DNA of 64,000 bases from Alphaproteobacteria bacterium (lineage in GTDB: Bacteria; Pseudomonadota; Alphaproteobacteria; UBA828): positions 224,001 through 288,000 of the forward strand of contig CAXXVO010000004.1 of assembly GCA_963422645.2 (NCBI GenBank), in the 5' to 3' direction. Positions 10,925 through 21,524 of the stretch are shown here, in pieces. Position numbers and translations under genes: made by a program. Under the pieces are notes generated by a model, which searched no databases, had not been told where the DNA came from, and saw only the letters and a list, made by a program, of their open reading frames with translations. Numbering within the stretch: position 1 is the stretch's first letter; each line of letters opens with the position of its first letter.

Positions 10925-12790
10925 TCAGGCCCCCAAGGCGGCGCGGCGGCTGCGGTTGGCCTCAGCGGCGGCGGCAAGCTCGTCCTCGCTTGCATTGGCC
11001 CAGTAGCAGGCGCTGATGCGGCCGTCGCCCCGGCTCTCCAGGCCCGGCTCGTCCGTCGTGCAGCGCTCGAACGCGAGCGGGCAGCGCGAGTTGAAGCTGC
11101 ATCCGGGCGCAATGCCGATGGGGCTCGGCGGCTCGCCCTCCAGCAGGTTTTCCTCGGCGTCGTAGCGGCGCTCCTCGATGGTGGGCACCGCGCTCAGCAG
11201 CGCCTTGGTGTAGGGGTGGCCGGGGTCGAAAAAGACCGTGTGGTTGTCGGCGAGCTCGACGATCTTGCCGAGATACATCACGGCGATCCGCGTACACGCC
11301 CGACGCACCATGGCGAGATCGTGGGAGATGAAGATGTAGGTGAAGCCGTGCTCGGCCTGGAGCTTGTCGAAAATCTCCAGCAGCCGCGATTGCTCCACCT
11401 GGTCGAGCGCGGACAGCGTCTCGTCCAGGATCAGGAGGCGAGGCTCCAGCACCAGCGCGCGGGCGAGGTTGATGCGCTGACGCTGGCCGGCGCTGAGCCC
11501 GATCTGCAGGTGGTCGTAGATGTCGGCGGGGAGACCCACCTCGTTCATCACGTCGAGCACGCGATCGCGCATCGCGCGGCGCCCCATGCCGCCGTGGATC
11601 AGCAGCGGCTCCAGGATGGTGCGGCCCACCGGCATGTGCGGTGGCATGGCGTTGTAGGGGTCCTGGAGCAGGAGCTGGAAGCGGTGCCGGAGCCCGAGCA
11701 GCCGGCGCCGGTTCATCTTGGCGACGCTCTCGCCCTCGAAGGAGATCGAGCCCTTGTCGGGCGCCTCGATCCAGCTCAGCAGGCGCGAGAGCGTGGACTT
11801 GCCGCAGCCCGATTCGCCCACGATGCCGAAGTTCTCGCCCGCCTTCACGTCGAAGGTGACGCCGCGCACCGCTTCCACGTCGTTGTGGCCGAAGAAGCGG
11901 GTCGGGTCGTTGACGCGGTAGGTCTTGTAGACGTCGTCCACCTCCAGCAGCGCGGCCTCGCCCTCGGTCTTGGGCTGGGCGCGCTCCTCCACCGCCCAGA
12001 TGCGCGGGATGCGCTCCAGCAGCCGCTTGGAGTAGTCGTGCTCGGGCCGGTTGACGATGGCCTCCGGGGTCGAGCGCTCGATGATCCGCCCTTCCTGCAG
12101 GACGATGATTTCGTCCGCGATCTCACGCACGATGGCGAGCGACGACGAGATGAAGATGATCGCCGTGTCCATCTGGTCGCGCAGGTCGTGCATCAGGCGG
12201 ATGATCTGGGCTGCGACGGTGACGTCGAGCTGCTGGGTGACGTTGTCGGCGATAAGGAAGGTGGGGTTGCTGACCAGGGCGTCGACGATCAGCGCGCGCT
12301 GCATCATGCCGCCGGAATACTGGAAGGGGAACTCGTCGAAGCGCTGCTCGGGGCGCGGCATGCGTACCGCGCTCAGCACCTCCAGCGCGCGCTCGCGCGC
12401 GGCCGCCTTCGACATGTCGGGCTGGACCGCGCGCAGCTTCTCCACGATCTGATGGCCGACCGGGATGGTCGGATCCAGGGCGCTGCCGGGGTCCGAGCCG
12501 ATATAGCCGATCTCGCGACCGCGCAGCGCCTGCATCTCGGCCGCGGGTATGGTGAGCAGGTCCCGCCCGTGATAGCCGACGCTGCCGGCAGTGATCTTGA
12601 GCGGCTCCGTGATCGCATTGCAGAGCACGCGGCTCAGCACGGTCTTGCCCGAGCCGCTTTCGCCGATGATGCCGAGCACCTGGCGCTCGCGCAGCTGGAA
12701 GCTCACGTCGCGCAGGATCGGCTCGCTCACGCCGCGGCGGACGAGGTCGACCGAAATGCCCTGCGCGTCGAGGAGCGGCGGTGCCGACAT
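10925..12790 (-). CDS. Peptide-type ABC transporter, fused double ATPase
   Basis: Two Walker A motifs (GESGSGKT, GESGCGKS) and HPYT oligopeptide C-terminus. Confidence 0.93.
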   Translation of the reverse strand: MSAPPLLDAQGISVDLVRRGVSEPILRDVSFQLRERQVLGIIGESGSGKTVLSRVLCNAITEPLKITAGSVGYHGRDLLTIPAAEMQALRGREIGYIGSDPGSALDPTIPVGHQIVEKLRAVQPDMSKAAARERALEVLSAVRMPRPEQRFDEFPFQYSGGMMQRALIVDALVSNPTFLIADNVTQQLDVTVAAQIIRLMHDLRDQMDTAIIFISSSLAIVREIADEIIVLQEGRIIERSTPEAIVNRPEHDYSKRLLERIPRIWAVEERAQPKTEGEAALLEVDDVYKTYRVNDPTRFFGHNDVEAVRGVTFDVKAGENFGIVGESGCGKSTLSRLLSWIEAPDKGSISFEGESVAKMNRRRLLGLRHRFQLLLQDPYNAMPPHMPVGRTILEPLLIHGGMGRRAMRDRVLDVMNEVGLPADIYDHLQIGLSAGQRQRINLARALVLEPRLLILDETLSALDQVEQSRLLEIFDKLQAEHGFTYIFISHDLAMVRRACTRIAVMYLGKIVELADNHTVFFDPGHPYTKALLSAVPTIEERRYDAEENLLEGEPPSPIGIAPGCSFNSRCPLAFERCTTDEPGLESRGDGRISACYWANASEDELAAAAEANRSRRAALGA

Positions 12791-12793
12791 GGG

Positions 12794-13702
12794 CTAGACG
12801 ATCCCTTGGAAGAGCTTGTTGCGGGCGCGCTCCAGCGAGGCGCCCATCAGGTTGATGCTGATGAGCGTGAGGATGAGGAAGACCCCGGGCATCGTCGGGA
12901 TCCACCAGCTGTTCACCAGGTACTTGTAGCCGTCGGCGATGATGTTGCCGAAGGTCGGCGTCGGCGGCTGGATGCCGATGCCGAGGAAGCCGAAGAGCGC
13001 CTCGAAGATCATCATGCGAGCGATGTCGAGCACGGCGACGAAGGCGATGGGCGGCAGGATGTTGGGCGCGATCATGAGCGTGGCGATCCTGAGGTCGCTC
13101 GCACCCAGAATCTTCGCCCCCCTTACATATTCGCGCTCGCGCTCGGCGAGCGCGATGCTTCGCACCACGCGGGCATAAATCGGCCACCCCGCCAGCACCA
13201 GCACGGCGGTCACCGTGAAGGGGTTGGGGCGGCTCACGCTAAGGATCGTGATCGCCAGCACGATCACCGGGATCGAGAGCTGGGCGTCGGTGATGCGCAT
13301 CAGGATGATATCGACCCAACGGCCCCAGTAGCCGGAAATCACGCCGAGCGTGCAGCCGACGACGAACATGATCGCAACCGCCGCCGCGGCGATGCCGAGC
13401 CCGTTGCGGAGTCCCACCAGCGAGCGCACGAAGAGGTCTCGGCCCAGTTGGTCCGTGCCGGCAATATGGGCCCAGGTACCGCCCTCCAGGAAGATGGGCG
13501 GCAGGAAACGCTCGCGGACGCTGATCTTCATGGGATCGTAGGGCGAGAGTTCCGGCCAGATGATCGCGGCGCCGACGAGCAGGGTGAATACGCCGAGCCC
13601 GATCTTGAAGCTCATCATCTCCCAGGCGAGGCGGAACATCCGCCGGGTGACGGATTCACCCCGTCCCCGCGGGGCGCTGCTTGTTCCGGTCTCGGCAGCC
13701 AT
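12794..13702 (-). CDS. ABC permease, DppC-like
   Basis: GTDQLGRD, FLGIGIQPPTP. Confidence 0.92.
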   Translation of the reverse strand: MAAETGTSSAPRGRGESVTRRMFRLAWEMMSFKIGLGVFTLLVGAAIIWPELSPYDPMKISVRERFLPPIFLEGGTWAHIAGTDQLGRDLFVRSLVGLRNGLGIAAAAVAIMFVVGCTLGVISGYWGRWVDIILMRITDAQLSIPVIVLAITILSVSRPNPFTVTAVLVLAGWPIYARVVRSIALAEREREYVRGAKILGASDLRIATLMIAPNILPPIAFVAVLDIARMMIFEALFGFLGIGIQPPTPTFGNIIADGYKYLVNSWWIPTMPGVFLILTLISINLMGASLERARNKLFQGIV

Positions 13703-14721
13703 CAGAACTTGAGCCTGCGGTCGATGAAGGTCGATGCCAGGTCGACCATGATGTTCGCGAGCACGAGTATGCTCGCCGCCAGGATGGCGACGCCCTGAAT
13801 CACCGGGAAATCACGCTGCAACACCGCCTGCACGGTGGTGCGCCCGACACCGGGATAGTCGAACACGAACTCGGTGACGAAGACCCCGCCCAGCAGCAGA
13901 CCGCCGATCTGCACGCCGAAGAGGTTCAGCATGGGGATCGACGAGTTGCGCAGCACATGACGAACGATGATCTGCCGCCAGGGCAGGCCGCGCACAATGC
14001 CGCCGGAGACATAGCCGGCCTGAAGCGCCTGGGCGATCGACATCGAAAGCCCGCGGATGATGATCGGCGCGAGCTCCACGGCGAGCACGATGGCGGGCAG
14101 GATGACGTAGGCGAAGTTCTTGTAGCCGATGGAGGGCAGCAGGCCGGCGCGTGCCGTGATCAGCAGGATCAGCACCAGCGCGAGCCAGAAGTTGGGTAAG
14201 GATATGAAGACCGAGCCTATGAAGAAGGCTAATCGGTCCTGCCACTTCTCCTGATTGAGGCCGGCCGCAATTCCAAGCGGCACCGCCAACACCAGGGTGA
14301 AGAGCAGGCCGAGGCCCGCCAGCATCAGTGTATAGGGCAGACCGTCCCCTACGACCTTGAGCACACCGGCGCGCGTCATCTTCGCCTCGCGCTGCTCGGT
14401 GACGGTATCCTGCCCCTTGCCGCCGGAGACGTTCTGCACCGTGAGTGCGATGCCGGTCTCGCCGATGAAGTAGGATTCGCCGAAGTCCCCCTGCACCGCC
14501 TTGGCGATGTAGCGGACGAACTGCTCGGGGATGGAATCGCGTAAGCCCAGCTCCTGCGCGCGGGCCTCGACCACCGCCTGGGTGGTGCTGGGCCCCAGCA
14601 TGATGCGCACCGGATCGCCCGGAATGACCCGCAGCAGGGTGAAGATCAGGAACGTCACCAGCAGCACGATGACCACGCCCTGGGCAAGGCGCCGGATCAG
14701 GAACGTGAGGACGAAGGCCAT
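13702..14721 (-). CDS. ABC permease, DppB-like
   Basis: PGDPV, RDFPVIQG. Confidence 0.92.
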   Translation of the reverse strand: MAFVLTFLIRRLAQGVVIVLLVTFLIFTLLRVIPGDPVRIMLGPSTTQAVVEARAQELGLRDSIPEQFVRYIAKAVQGDFGESYFIGETGIALTVQNVSGGKGQDTVTEQREAKMTRAGVLKVVGDGLPYTLMLAGLGLLFTLVLAVPLGIAAGLNQEKWQDRLAFFIGSVFISLPNFWLALVLILLITARAGLLPSIGYKNFAYVILPAIVLAVELAPIIIRGLSMSIAQALQAGYVSGGIVRGLPWRQIIVRHVLRNSSIPMLNLFGVQIGGLLLGGVFVTEFVFDYPGVGRTTVQAVLQRDFPVIQGVAILAASILVLANIMVDLASTFIDRRLKF

Positions 14722-14757
14722 GCGCGGTCCGTGCTACGCGGTAGGGTGAAGTGAGGC

Positions 14758-14783
14758 GGGGGCTCCGCCTGCCCGGAGCCCCC
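14758..14783 (-). terminator. Intergenic hairpin after the solute-binding gene
   Basis: 10-bp stem GGGGGCTCCG/CGGAGCCCCC with 6-nt loop; no U-tract, so more likely mRNA-stabilising. Confidence 0.5.
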
Positions 14784-14795
14784 AAGGATGATCGG

Positions 14796-16358
14796 TCAGG
14801 ACTTGAGTGTCGCGTTGACCTTGTCGACCGGCCCGTTGGGAAGGAAGTAGATCCCCTCGATGGCCGGATGGTGGGCGTGGATCAGCACCGAGGTGAAGAG
14901 CCCGAAGCTCGGCAGATGCTCGGCCAGCGCCGGCATCAGCTCGTTCTGGATCGACGCGCGCCGCGCGTCCACGTCGGTGATCGTCTGCTGCTTCTCGATC
15001 GCCGCGTCGACCGTGTCACTGCCGCAGTTGGTCAGGATCAGGCCGTCCGAGTGCCACATGGGCCGGAGCACCAGGTTGGGCTCGGGCGAGCCGGTCATCC
15101 AGCCGGTGTCGGCGAGTTGCGGCGCGGTCTCGTCACGGGTCAGCACCCGCTCGATCCAGGACGCGACCTCCATCACCGTGAGCTGTACCGGGAAGCCCTG
15201 CTCCTGCAGGAGCGCGGTGATGACCTCGCCGTACTCCTTGGTCTTCGGGTAGAAGCCCTGGGAGGTCAGGTACTCGATCTGCGGCAGGCCGTCGCCGCCG
15301 GGATAGCCGGCCTCGGCCAGCAGCTCCTGGCAGCGCTCGGGACTGTACTCCGGCGAGTTCGGAATGCTGTCGGTGTAGCCGAACTTCACCGAGGAGAGCT
15401 GCCCCACGGTCGGATGGCCGGCCGGCCCCATCAGCTCGAGGATGAGGTCGCGGTCGATGGCATGCGCCGCAGCGTGGCGCAGCCTGACGTCGTCGAAGGG
15501 CGGCTCGTAGCAGCGGAAATGGAGGTACTTGTTCTCGGTCGAGACCGTGCGCGAGGTCGTGACGTTCTCCTCCAGCAGGGTCTCGTACTGCTCGGGCTCG
15601 ACCCGTTCGATGATGTCGAGCTCGCCGCTGATCAGGCTCACCAAACGCGTGCTGGCATCGGGCACGAACTGGTAGACGACCTCTTCGATCTCGGGCGTGC
15701 CGAGAATGTAGTCGGGGTTGGCGTTGAGGATGGTCGTCGGCCCGTCACGGCTGATGAACTTGTAGGAGCCCGCGCCGTTGGGGAACTCGTCGATGGCCTT
15801 GGTGTCGATGTCGTCCATGGACAGGATCGGCAGGAAGCCAGCGAGAAACCAGAACAGCGAGCCCGGATAGGAGCCGCCTTCGCCGCGCACCCGGCAGGTG
15901 TAGTCGTCGACCACCTGAACCTCGGCCTGACCGGGATACCAGGTGCCGGACGGCCGTTCGGGATTGGACGCGTACTCGAAGGTCGCCTTCACGTCGTGCG
16001 CCGTGAAGGGCTGGCCACGATGGAACTTGATGTCCTTGCGCAGCGAGTACTCGAGCCAGCCGTCCTCGACCACGTTCTGGCTGGTGGCCATCTCGTAGAC
16101 GATTTCGTCCGGCTGTGCCTGCGACATCGGCGTGCGGATGAGCTGGCCGAACACGTCATAGTCGAAATAGATCTGCGCCAGGATGGTGTGGCTGCTCGGG
16201 TCCCAGCTCGACGTGAAGGGCTCGGTCTGCCCCCACACGACGCTCTTCTTCCCCTGGCCCAGCGCCTTCTTGAAGAAAGGCGCCTGTCCGCCGAACGCGG
16301 CGATCGTGCCGGCTGCGGCGGTGCCTTTCAGGAAATTGCGCCGTGTCGTCTTGGTCAT
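14796..16358 (-). CDS. ABC solute-binding protein, family 5, Tat-exported
   Basis: TRRNFLK Tat motif; LRKDIKFH...FTAHDVKATF. Confidence 0.92.
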   Translation of the reverse strand: MTKTTRRNFLKGTAAAGTIAAFGGQAPFFKKALGQGKKSVVWGQTEPFTSSWDPSSHTILAQIYFDYDVFGQLIRTPMSQAQPDEIVYEMATSQNVVEDGWLEYSLRKDIKFHRGQPFTAHDVKATFEYASNPERPSGTWYPGQAEVQVVDDYTCRVRGEGGSYPGSLFWFLAGFLPILSMDDIDTKAIDEFPNGAGSYKFISRDGPTTILNANPDYILGTPEIEEVVYQFVPDASTRLVSLISGELDIIERVEPEQYETLLEENVTTSRTVSTENKYLHFRCYEPPFDDVRLRHAAAHAIDRDLILELMGPAGHPTVGQLSSVKFGYTDSIPNSPEYSPERCQELLAEAGYPGGDGLPQIEYLTSQGFYPKTKEYGEVITALLQEQGFPVQLTVMEVASWIERVLTRDETAPQLADTGWMTGSPEPNLVLRPMWHSDGLILTNCGSDTVDAAIEKQQTITDVDARRASIQNELMPALAEHLPSFGLFTSVLIHAHHPAIEGIYFLPNGPVDKVNATLKS

Positions 16359-16504
16359 CGGTGTCTCCCCTGTGCGTCTCGTGCGTTCTTATCGATAAGG
16401 GATGCTAATACAGCCTTGGCTTAAGTGTACAGCCCGACTATCGCCGTCGGTTGCCGGGCGCTTCCCGCCGGCGATAGGATGCCCGAAGAGCCGGGGGGAC
16501 TGGA

Positions 16505-17560
16505 ATGGCGGTGGCTGAGGCACATGCGGAGGCAGCGGTGACGAGGGACGAGCTCGCCGCCCGGCTTGCCGTGCATCCGCGCATCCGGCTCGCGCATCTG
16601 CCGACACCGCTCGATCCCTGCCCCCGTCTTGCCGAGGCGATCGGCGTGCGCGCCCTCTACATCAAGCGGGACGACCTCACGGGGCTGGCCTTCGGCGGCA
16701 ACAAGACGCGCCATCTGGAGTTCACCTTCGCCGAGATCCTGAAGTCGGGCGCCGACACCGTGGTCGCGGGCGCCTACACGCAGTCCAACTGGTGCCGGCA
16801 GATCACGGCGGCGGCGTGCAAGCACGGTCTCGCGGTTTCGCTGGTGCTGATCCACGGCGTCAAGGGGCCGAAGGTGCAGGGCAATCTGCTGCTCGACCGG
16901 CTGATGGGCGCCGACGTGACCGTGGTCGACATCGACAGCATGGAGAAGATCCAGCCGCTGCTTGACGAGAAGGCCCGCACGCTGAAGGCAGCCGGCCGGA
17001 AGCCCTTCGTGATCGCGCCCTTCGCCCTCGATCAGCAGGTTCTGGCGGCGCTCGGCTACGTCGGCACGGCGATCGAGCTGGATGCCCAGTTCGAGGAGGT
17101 GGGGATCGACCCCACTCAGGTCTTCATCTGCGGCGCCAACAACACGCCGGCGGGCCTCGTCACCGGCCTGCGGGCGCTCGGCCGCCGGGCGCGCGTGGCG
17201 GCGATCAGCCCGATCCGCTGGGAAGAGCCCAGGGAGCTCGACATCGCACGGGTCGCCACCGCAACGGCCCGCGCGCTCGACCTCAATCTCGCGATCGACC
17301 CCGCCGACTTCGTCGCCGACGAGAACCATATCGGCGAGGACTACGGCGTGCTCTCTCCTGAGTCGCGCGCCGCCATCGGGCTCGTGGCCGAGACCGAGGG
17401 CATACTTCTCGACCCCGTCTATTCCGGCAAAGCCATGGCCGGGCTCATCGATCACGCGAAGCGCGGTACGGTCGGCGCGGACGAGACGGTGGTCTTCGTT
17501 CACACCGGCGGCATGCCGGCGCTCTTCGCCTACGCCGAGGATCTGATCGATGACGGCTGA
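16505..17560 (+). CDS. D-cysteine desulfhydrase / ACC deaminase family PLP enzyme
   Basis: KRDDLTG, GGNKTR, LDPVYSGKA, HTGG. Confidence 0.9.
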   Translation: MAVAEAHAEAAVTRDELAARLAVHPRIRLAHLPTPLDPCPRLAEAIGVRALYIKRDDLTGLAFGGNKTRHLEFTFAEILKSGADTVVAGAYTQSNWCRQITAAACKHGLAVSLVLIHGVKGPKVQGNLLLDRLMGADVTVVDIDSMEKIQPLLDEKARTLKAAGRKPFVIAPFALDQQVLAALGYVGTAIELDAQFEEVGIDPTQVFICGANNTPAGLVTGLRALGRRARVAAISPIRWEEPRELDIARVATATARALDLNLAIDPADFVADENHIGEDYGVLSPESRAAIGLVAETEGILLDPVYSGKAMAGLIDHAKRGTVGADETVVFVHTGGMPALFAYAEDLIDDG

Positions 17561-19169
17561 GGCAAGGCCGTTGCCGCATGCGCCCCCGCTTGCCGACGAC
17601 GAGGCTCTGCGGCGGCGGATCGCGGCGCTGGAACAGGCGCTGGCCGAGGCCAGGCGCGCCCGGGACATCGGCCGCACCTCGGAGGACAGGTTCCGCTCAC
17701 TCTTCGACATGAGCCGGGACGGGATCGTGTTCGTCGATCTCGAAGGCCACATCGAGGAGATGAACCAGGCCTATCTCGACCTTGTCGGCTACGGCCGAGA
17801 CGAGATCTCCACGCACACCTATCAGGACCTCACGCCCGAGAAGTGGCGCGCCGGCGAGGCGGAGATCATCGAGACGCAGGTGATGCAGCGCGGCTTCTCG
17901 GACGAGTACGAGAAGGAATACGTGCGCAAGGATGGCTCCATCGCGCCGATCAGCCTGCGCACCATCCTGGTGCGGGACCTGGACGGGCGGCCGGTCCGCT
18001 TCATGGGCATCGTCCGCGACATCACCGAGCTGAAGGAGAAGGAGGAGGCGCTCAGGGCGTCCGAGAAACGCTATCGGAGCCTCTTCGACCTGAGCCACGA
18101 CGGCGTGGTCTTCGTCGGCCTCGACGGCCCCATCGAGGAGGCGAACGACGCCTACCTCGACATGGTGGGCTATGACCTCGACGAACTCATCGGCGTGACC
18201 TATCAGCAGCTCACACCGGTCCGCTGGGCGGCGATGGAGGCCGAGATCGTCGATCAGCAGCTCATGTCGCGCGGCTACACCGACGAGTACGAGAAGGAGT
18301 ACATCCGCAAGGAAGGCTCGGTTTTCCCGGTCGCCGTCCGCTCCATCCTCGTGCGTGACGACGCGGGCACGCCGGTGCGGATCATGGGGATCGTGCGCGA
18401 CATCACCGAGCAGAAGCAGGCCAAGGAGGCGCTGGAGCGCCATGCGCGCGACCTCGCCCGCTCCAACGAGGAGCTCGAGCAGTTCGCCTACGTTGCCTCC
18501 CACGACCTGCAGGAGCCGCTGCGCAAGATCAGGGCCTTCGGCGCCCTGCTCGCGGAGGAGAAGCAGGAGAGCCTGGACGAGGAAGGGCGCCAGTACATCG
18601 ACTTCATGACCGATGCGGCGGCCCGGATGCAGACCCTGGTGAGTGACCTTCTGGCCCTCTCTCGGGTCACCACGGCGGCGCAGCCCTTCAAGGACTTGCC
18701 TCTGAGCAAGGTGTTCGACACCGTGCTCTCGGATCTCTCCGTGTCGCTGGACGAGGCCGAGGGCCATGTAGAGGTCGCCGAGGTGCCGACGATCGAGGCG
18801 GACCGCACCCAGATGGATCAACTCTTTCGCAACCTCGTTGGCAACGCGCTGAAGTTCCGCAAGCCGGGCGTCGCGCCGCGCGTCACTGTCCGCATGGCGG
18901 TCGAGGCAAAGCCGCTCCCCGCGATCCCGGGGCCCGCACACACCATCGTCGTGGCAGACAACGGCATCGGCTTCGAACCGTCGCAGGGCAGCAAGCTCTT
19001 CCAGCCCTTCAAGCGGTTGCACGCGCGCCACCAGTACGAGGGTGCCGGTATCGGCCTTGCGATCTGCGAGAAGATCGTCCTGCGCCATCACGGCCGGATC
19101 ACCGCGGCCGGCACACCGGGCGAGGGCGCCACCTTCACGGTGACGCTGCCCCGCCGGCAGCCTCGATGA
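17550..19169 (+). CDS. Cytoplasmic PAS-PAS sensor histidine kinase
   Basis: Two similar PAS repeats; ASHDLQEPLR H-box; N and G boxes. Confidence 0.93.
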   Translation: MTAEARPLPHAPPLADDEALRRRIAALEQALAEARRARDIGRTSEDRFRSLFDMSRDGIVFVDLEGHIEEMNQAYLDLVGYGRDEISTHTYQDLTPEKWRAGEAEIIETQVMQRGFSDEYEKEYVRKDGSIAPISLRTILVRDLDGRPVRFMGIVRDITELKEKEEALRASEKRYRSLFDLSHDGVVFVGLDGPIEEANDAYLDMVGYDLDELIGVTYQQLTPVRWAAMEAEIVDQQLMSRGYTDEYEKEYIRKEGSVFPVAVRSILVRDDAGTPVRIMGIVRDITEQKQAKEALERHARDLARSNEELEQFAYVASHDLQEPLRKIRAFGALLAEEKQESLDEEGRQYIDFMTDAAARMQTLVSDLLALSRVTTAAQPFKDLPLSKVFDTVLSDLSVSLDEAEGHVEVAEVPTIEADRTQMDQLFRNLVGNALKFRKPGVAPRVTVRMAVEAKPLPAIPGPAHTIVVADNGIGFEPSQGSKLFQPFKRLHARHQYEGAGIGLAICEKIVLRHHGRITAAGTPGEGATFTVTLPRRQPR

Positions 19170-19176
19170 GACGTCG

Positions 19177-20100
19177 ATGAGCGCCCCGCCCGGCACCAAG
19201 CCGGTCCTGATCCTGATGGCGGACGACGATCCCGAGGATTGCCTGCTCACCAAGAAGACATTGCAGAAGGCGCGGCTCGGCAACGAGCTGCGCTTCGTGC
19301 AGGATGGCCAGGAGCTGCTGGATTACCTCGGGCGGAGCGGCAAGTTCTCCGGTTCTGCTTCCTCGCCGCGCCCGGACCTGATCCTGCTCGACCTCAACAT
19401 GCCCAACATGGCGGGGCTCGACTCGCTCTGGGAGATCAACCTCAAGCCGGCGCTGAGAAAGATACCGATCGTCATTCTCACGGCCTCCGAGGCCAGCCTG
19501 GATATCTCCGACAGCTACAATCTCGGCGCCTACGCCTATCTCGTGAAGCCCGTGACCCTCGCCAAGCTGCACGAGGCCGTGCTGCGGCTGAAGAGCTGCA
19601 GCTACGAGCTAGCGGTGCCTGCGGGCCCGGGCGACGCGGTGCGGCCTGCGGTCATCGTCATGGCGGACGACGACCCGGAGCATTGTCTGCAGGCGACCAA
19701 GACGCTCCAGGCTGCGGGCCTCGGCAACGCGCTCACCTATGTGACCAATGGCGCCGCGCTGTTGAACCAATTGCACGGACGGCATGTCCGCGGCGACGGC
19801 ACGCCCGCACCGCGGCCGGATCTCGTCATTCTCGACCCCGGCCTGCAACAGACGGAAGGACGCCATGCGCTCGCCGAGATCGCCGACACGCCGGCGCTCC
19901 GCGACCTGCCGGTGATCCTGCTGGGAGGGTCCAAGGGCGACCGTGCCGGCCTGCCCTGGGCGGGGACGGTGGAGCCGGTCTTCATCGACCAGCCGATCGA
20001 TTTCATCGCGTTCGCAGGTGCCGTCGCGGCCTTCCCGTCGCTTGCGCTGCGACTCGTGACCAAAGCCGAGGGGCCGGCCGGCACAGCCGGCGCCGCCTAG
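19177..20100 (+). CDS. Response regulator with two receiver-like domains
   Basis: ADDD/LLDLNMP/KP in domain 1; second domain is degenerate. Confidence 0.85.
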   Translation: MSAPPGTKPVLILMADDDPEDCLLTKKTLQKARLGNELRFVQDGQELLDYLGRSGKFSGSASSPRPDLILLDLNMPNMAGLDSLWEINLKPALRKIPIVILTASEASLDISDSYNLGAYAYLVKPVTLAKLHEAVLRLKSCSYELAVPAGPGDAVRPAVIVMADDDPEHCLQATKTLQAAGLGNALTYVTNGAALLNQLHGRHVRGDGTPAPRPDLVILDPGLQQTEGRHALAEIADTPALRDLPVILLGGSKGDRAGLPWAGTVEPVFIDQPIDFIAFAGAVAAFPSLALRLVTKAEGPAGTAGAA

Positions 20101-20117
20101 ACGCCGGGAGAGGGAGG

Positions 20118-20570
20118 ATGGCGAGAGCCGAGACAAGCGAGCGCACCGTCCTCCTCATGGCAGACGACGACCCTGCCGACTGCCTGCTTACCGAGAAGGC
20201 GCTGCGCCGGGCGGAGGTCACCTGCCCGCTCTATGTCGTCCACGACGGCGCCGAGTTGCTGGACTATCTCAAACGCCGCGGCGACTACGCCGACCCGGAA
20301 GCGGCCCCCCGGCCGAGCCTTATCCTGCTCGACCTCAACATGCCGAAGATCAACGGGACCGAGGTGCTGGAGCAGCTGCGCGACGAGCCGGAGCTCCGCC
20401 ACATCCCTGTGGTGGTGCTCACGACCTCCGACGAGGAGCGGGATATAGCGGCGAGCTACGCGCTCGGCGCCAACGCCTACCTGGTCAAGCCCTCGGCCTT
20501 CGACGAGATGGTCTCGGTGGCGCAGATCGTAAAGGCCCACTGGCTGGAGACGGTGCGCCTACCGCCTTGA
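20118..20570 (+). CDS. Single-domain response regulator (Rcp1-like)
   Basis: ADDD, LLDLNMPK, GANAYLVKP; GGAGG RBS before ATG 20118. Confidence 0.9.
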   Translation: MARAETSERTVLLMADDDPADCLLTEKALRRAEVTCPLYVVHDGAELLDYLKRRGDYADPEAAPRPSLILLDLNMPKINGTEVLEQLRDEPELRHIPVVVLTTSDEERDIAASYALGANAYLVKPSAFDEMVSVAQIVKAHWLETVRLPP

Positions 20571-20782
20571 GCGATCGCCGCCCTCGTCCAGTTCCTCTTC
20601 AAGTTCGGCGAGGCGTTCGAGTATCCGGCGAACGTAGCCGGCTTCGATCATGTGGCCCCACCAGCCATCGCTGAAGCGTTGGCCCCGCAGGACGCAGGAG
20701 AGCGTGGCCCGTACCTGCGGCAGGGTTGCGGCCGTGATCGCCTCCTCGCTCTCGATCAGTTTCTTCGCGTCTTCAGGCACAT
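20559..20782 (-). pseudogene. 3' remnant of a DUF6508-like gene cut by the element end
   Basis: RGQRFSDGWW...ILERL; sequence switches to the TG end at 20783. Confidence 0.5.
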
Positions 20783-21524
20783 TGTAGCCGGCCGAAAGTC
20801 TTTGCGAATCGCGGCCGGAAGTCTTTGCGAATGGCCTGGAAAATCGGCTGGTTTTCGGGGCTGAACCGGGCTGGAAAAACCGGCCTGTGCATGGGCCATG
20901 AAGGAGCGCTGCGCGGGGGGTTCAGGGCCCGTGCACGGGCGGTGCGTGAGGGTTTCAGGCGCGGTCGGGACCGGGGCGGGCGCCGGGGCGGCACGGGCGT
21001 TCGAGTTCGGCCTTCCACCATTCGGGGTCTTCGACGGCGCGTTCTGCGGCGTCGTATCCGTCGTGACCGGTCCATCTTCCGGGGTCGGCGTCGGCGTACC
21101 ATCGGCCTGCGCCGCGGTGTCGTTCGAGGGCGTCGTCGATGCGGGCGATCCCGTCCGCCGGGCGTCCCCGGCAGAAGCGCTCGAAGAAGGCGTTGAGGCG
21201 GCATCGGGGGCAGCGTCCGCAGGGCTCTGCCGCGACGGTGCATCGCCAGGTGAGCGCCTCCAGCCCGGGCGGGAGCAGGGCCTGGAGCATGAAGCGCCCG
21301 GCGACGGGTCCGAAGGGGTCGTCCCGCGACGGCGGCCACTGCGCGCCGTCCTCCCAGCCGGGGAAGAAGGGGAGTTCCATGGGGACGGCGGTGCGCGCGC
21401 GGTAGGCCGGATGCCAGTACATGCGGTGCATGTCGTCGGCGGTGTCCCACGAGGTGATGCCGAGCATCACCCGGTCGGCGCGGTGCCGTTCGGCCTCGTC
21501 GGCGTGGGTTGCGTACCGGTCGAG
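20783..21524. repeat. Left arm of ~740-bp inverted repeat
   Basis: Reverse complement of 27428-28171 with scattered substitutions. Confidence 0.95.

Noticed and set aside
20796-20832. Two 14-bp repeats as a CRISPR array
   Set aside because: Only two units with a 9-bp gap and no cas genes; they fit transposase binding sites.
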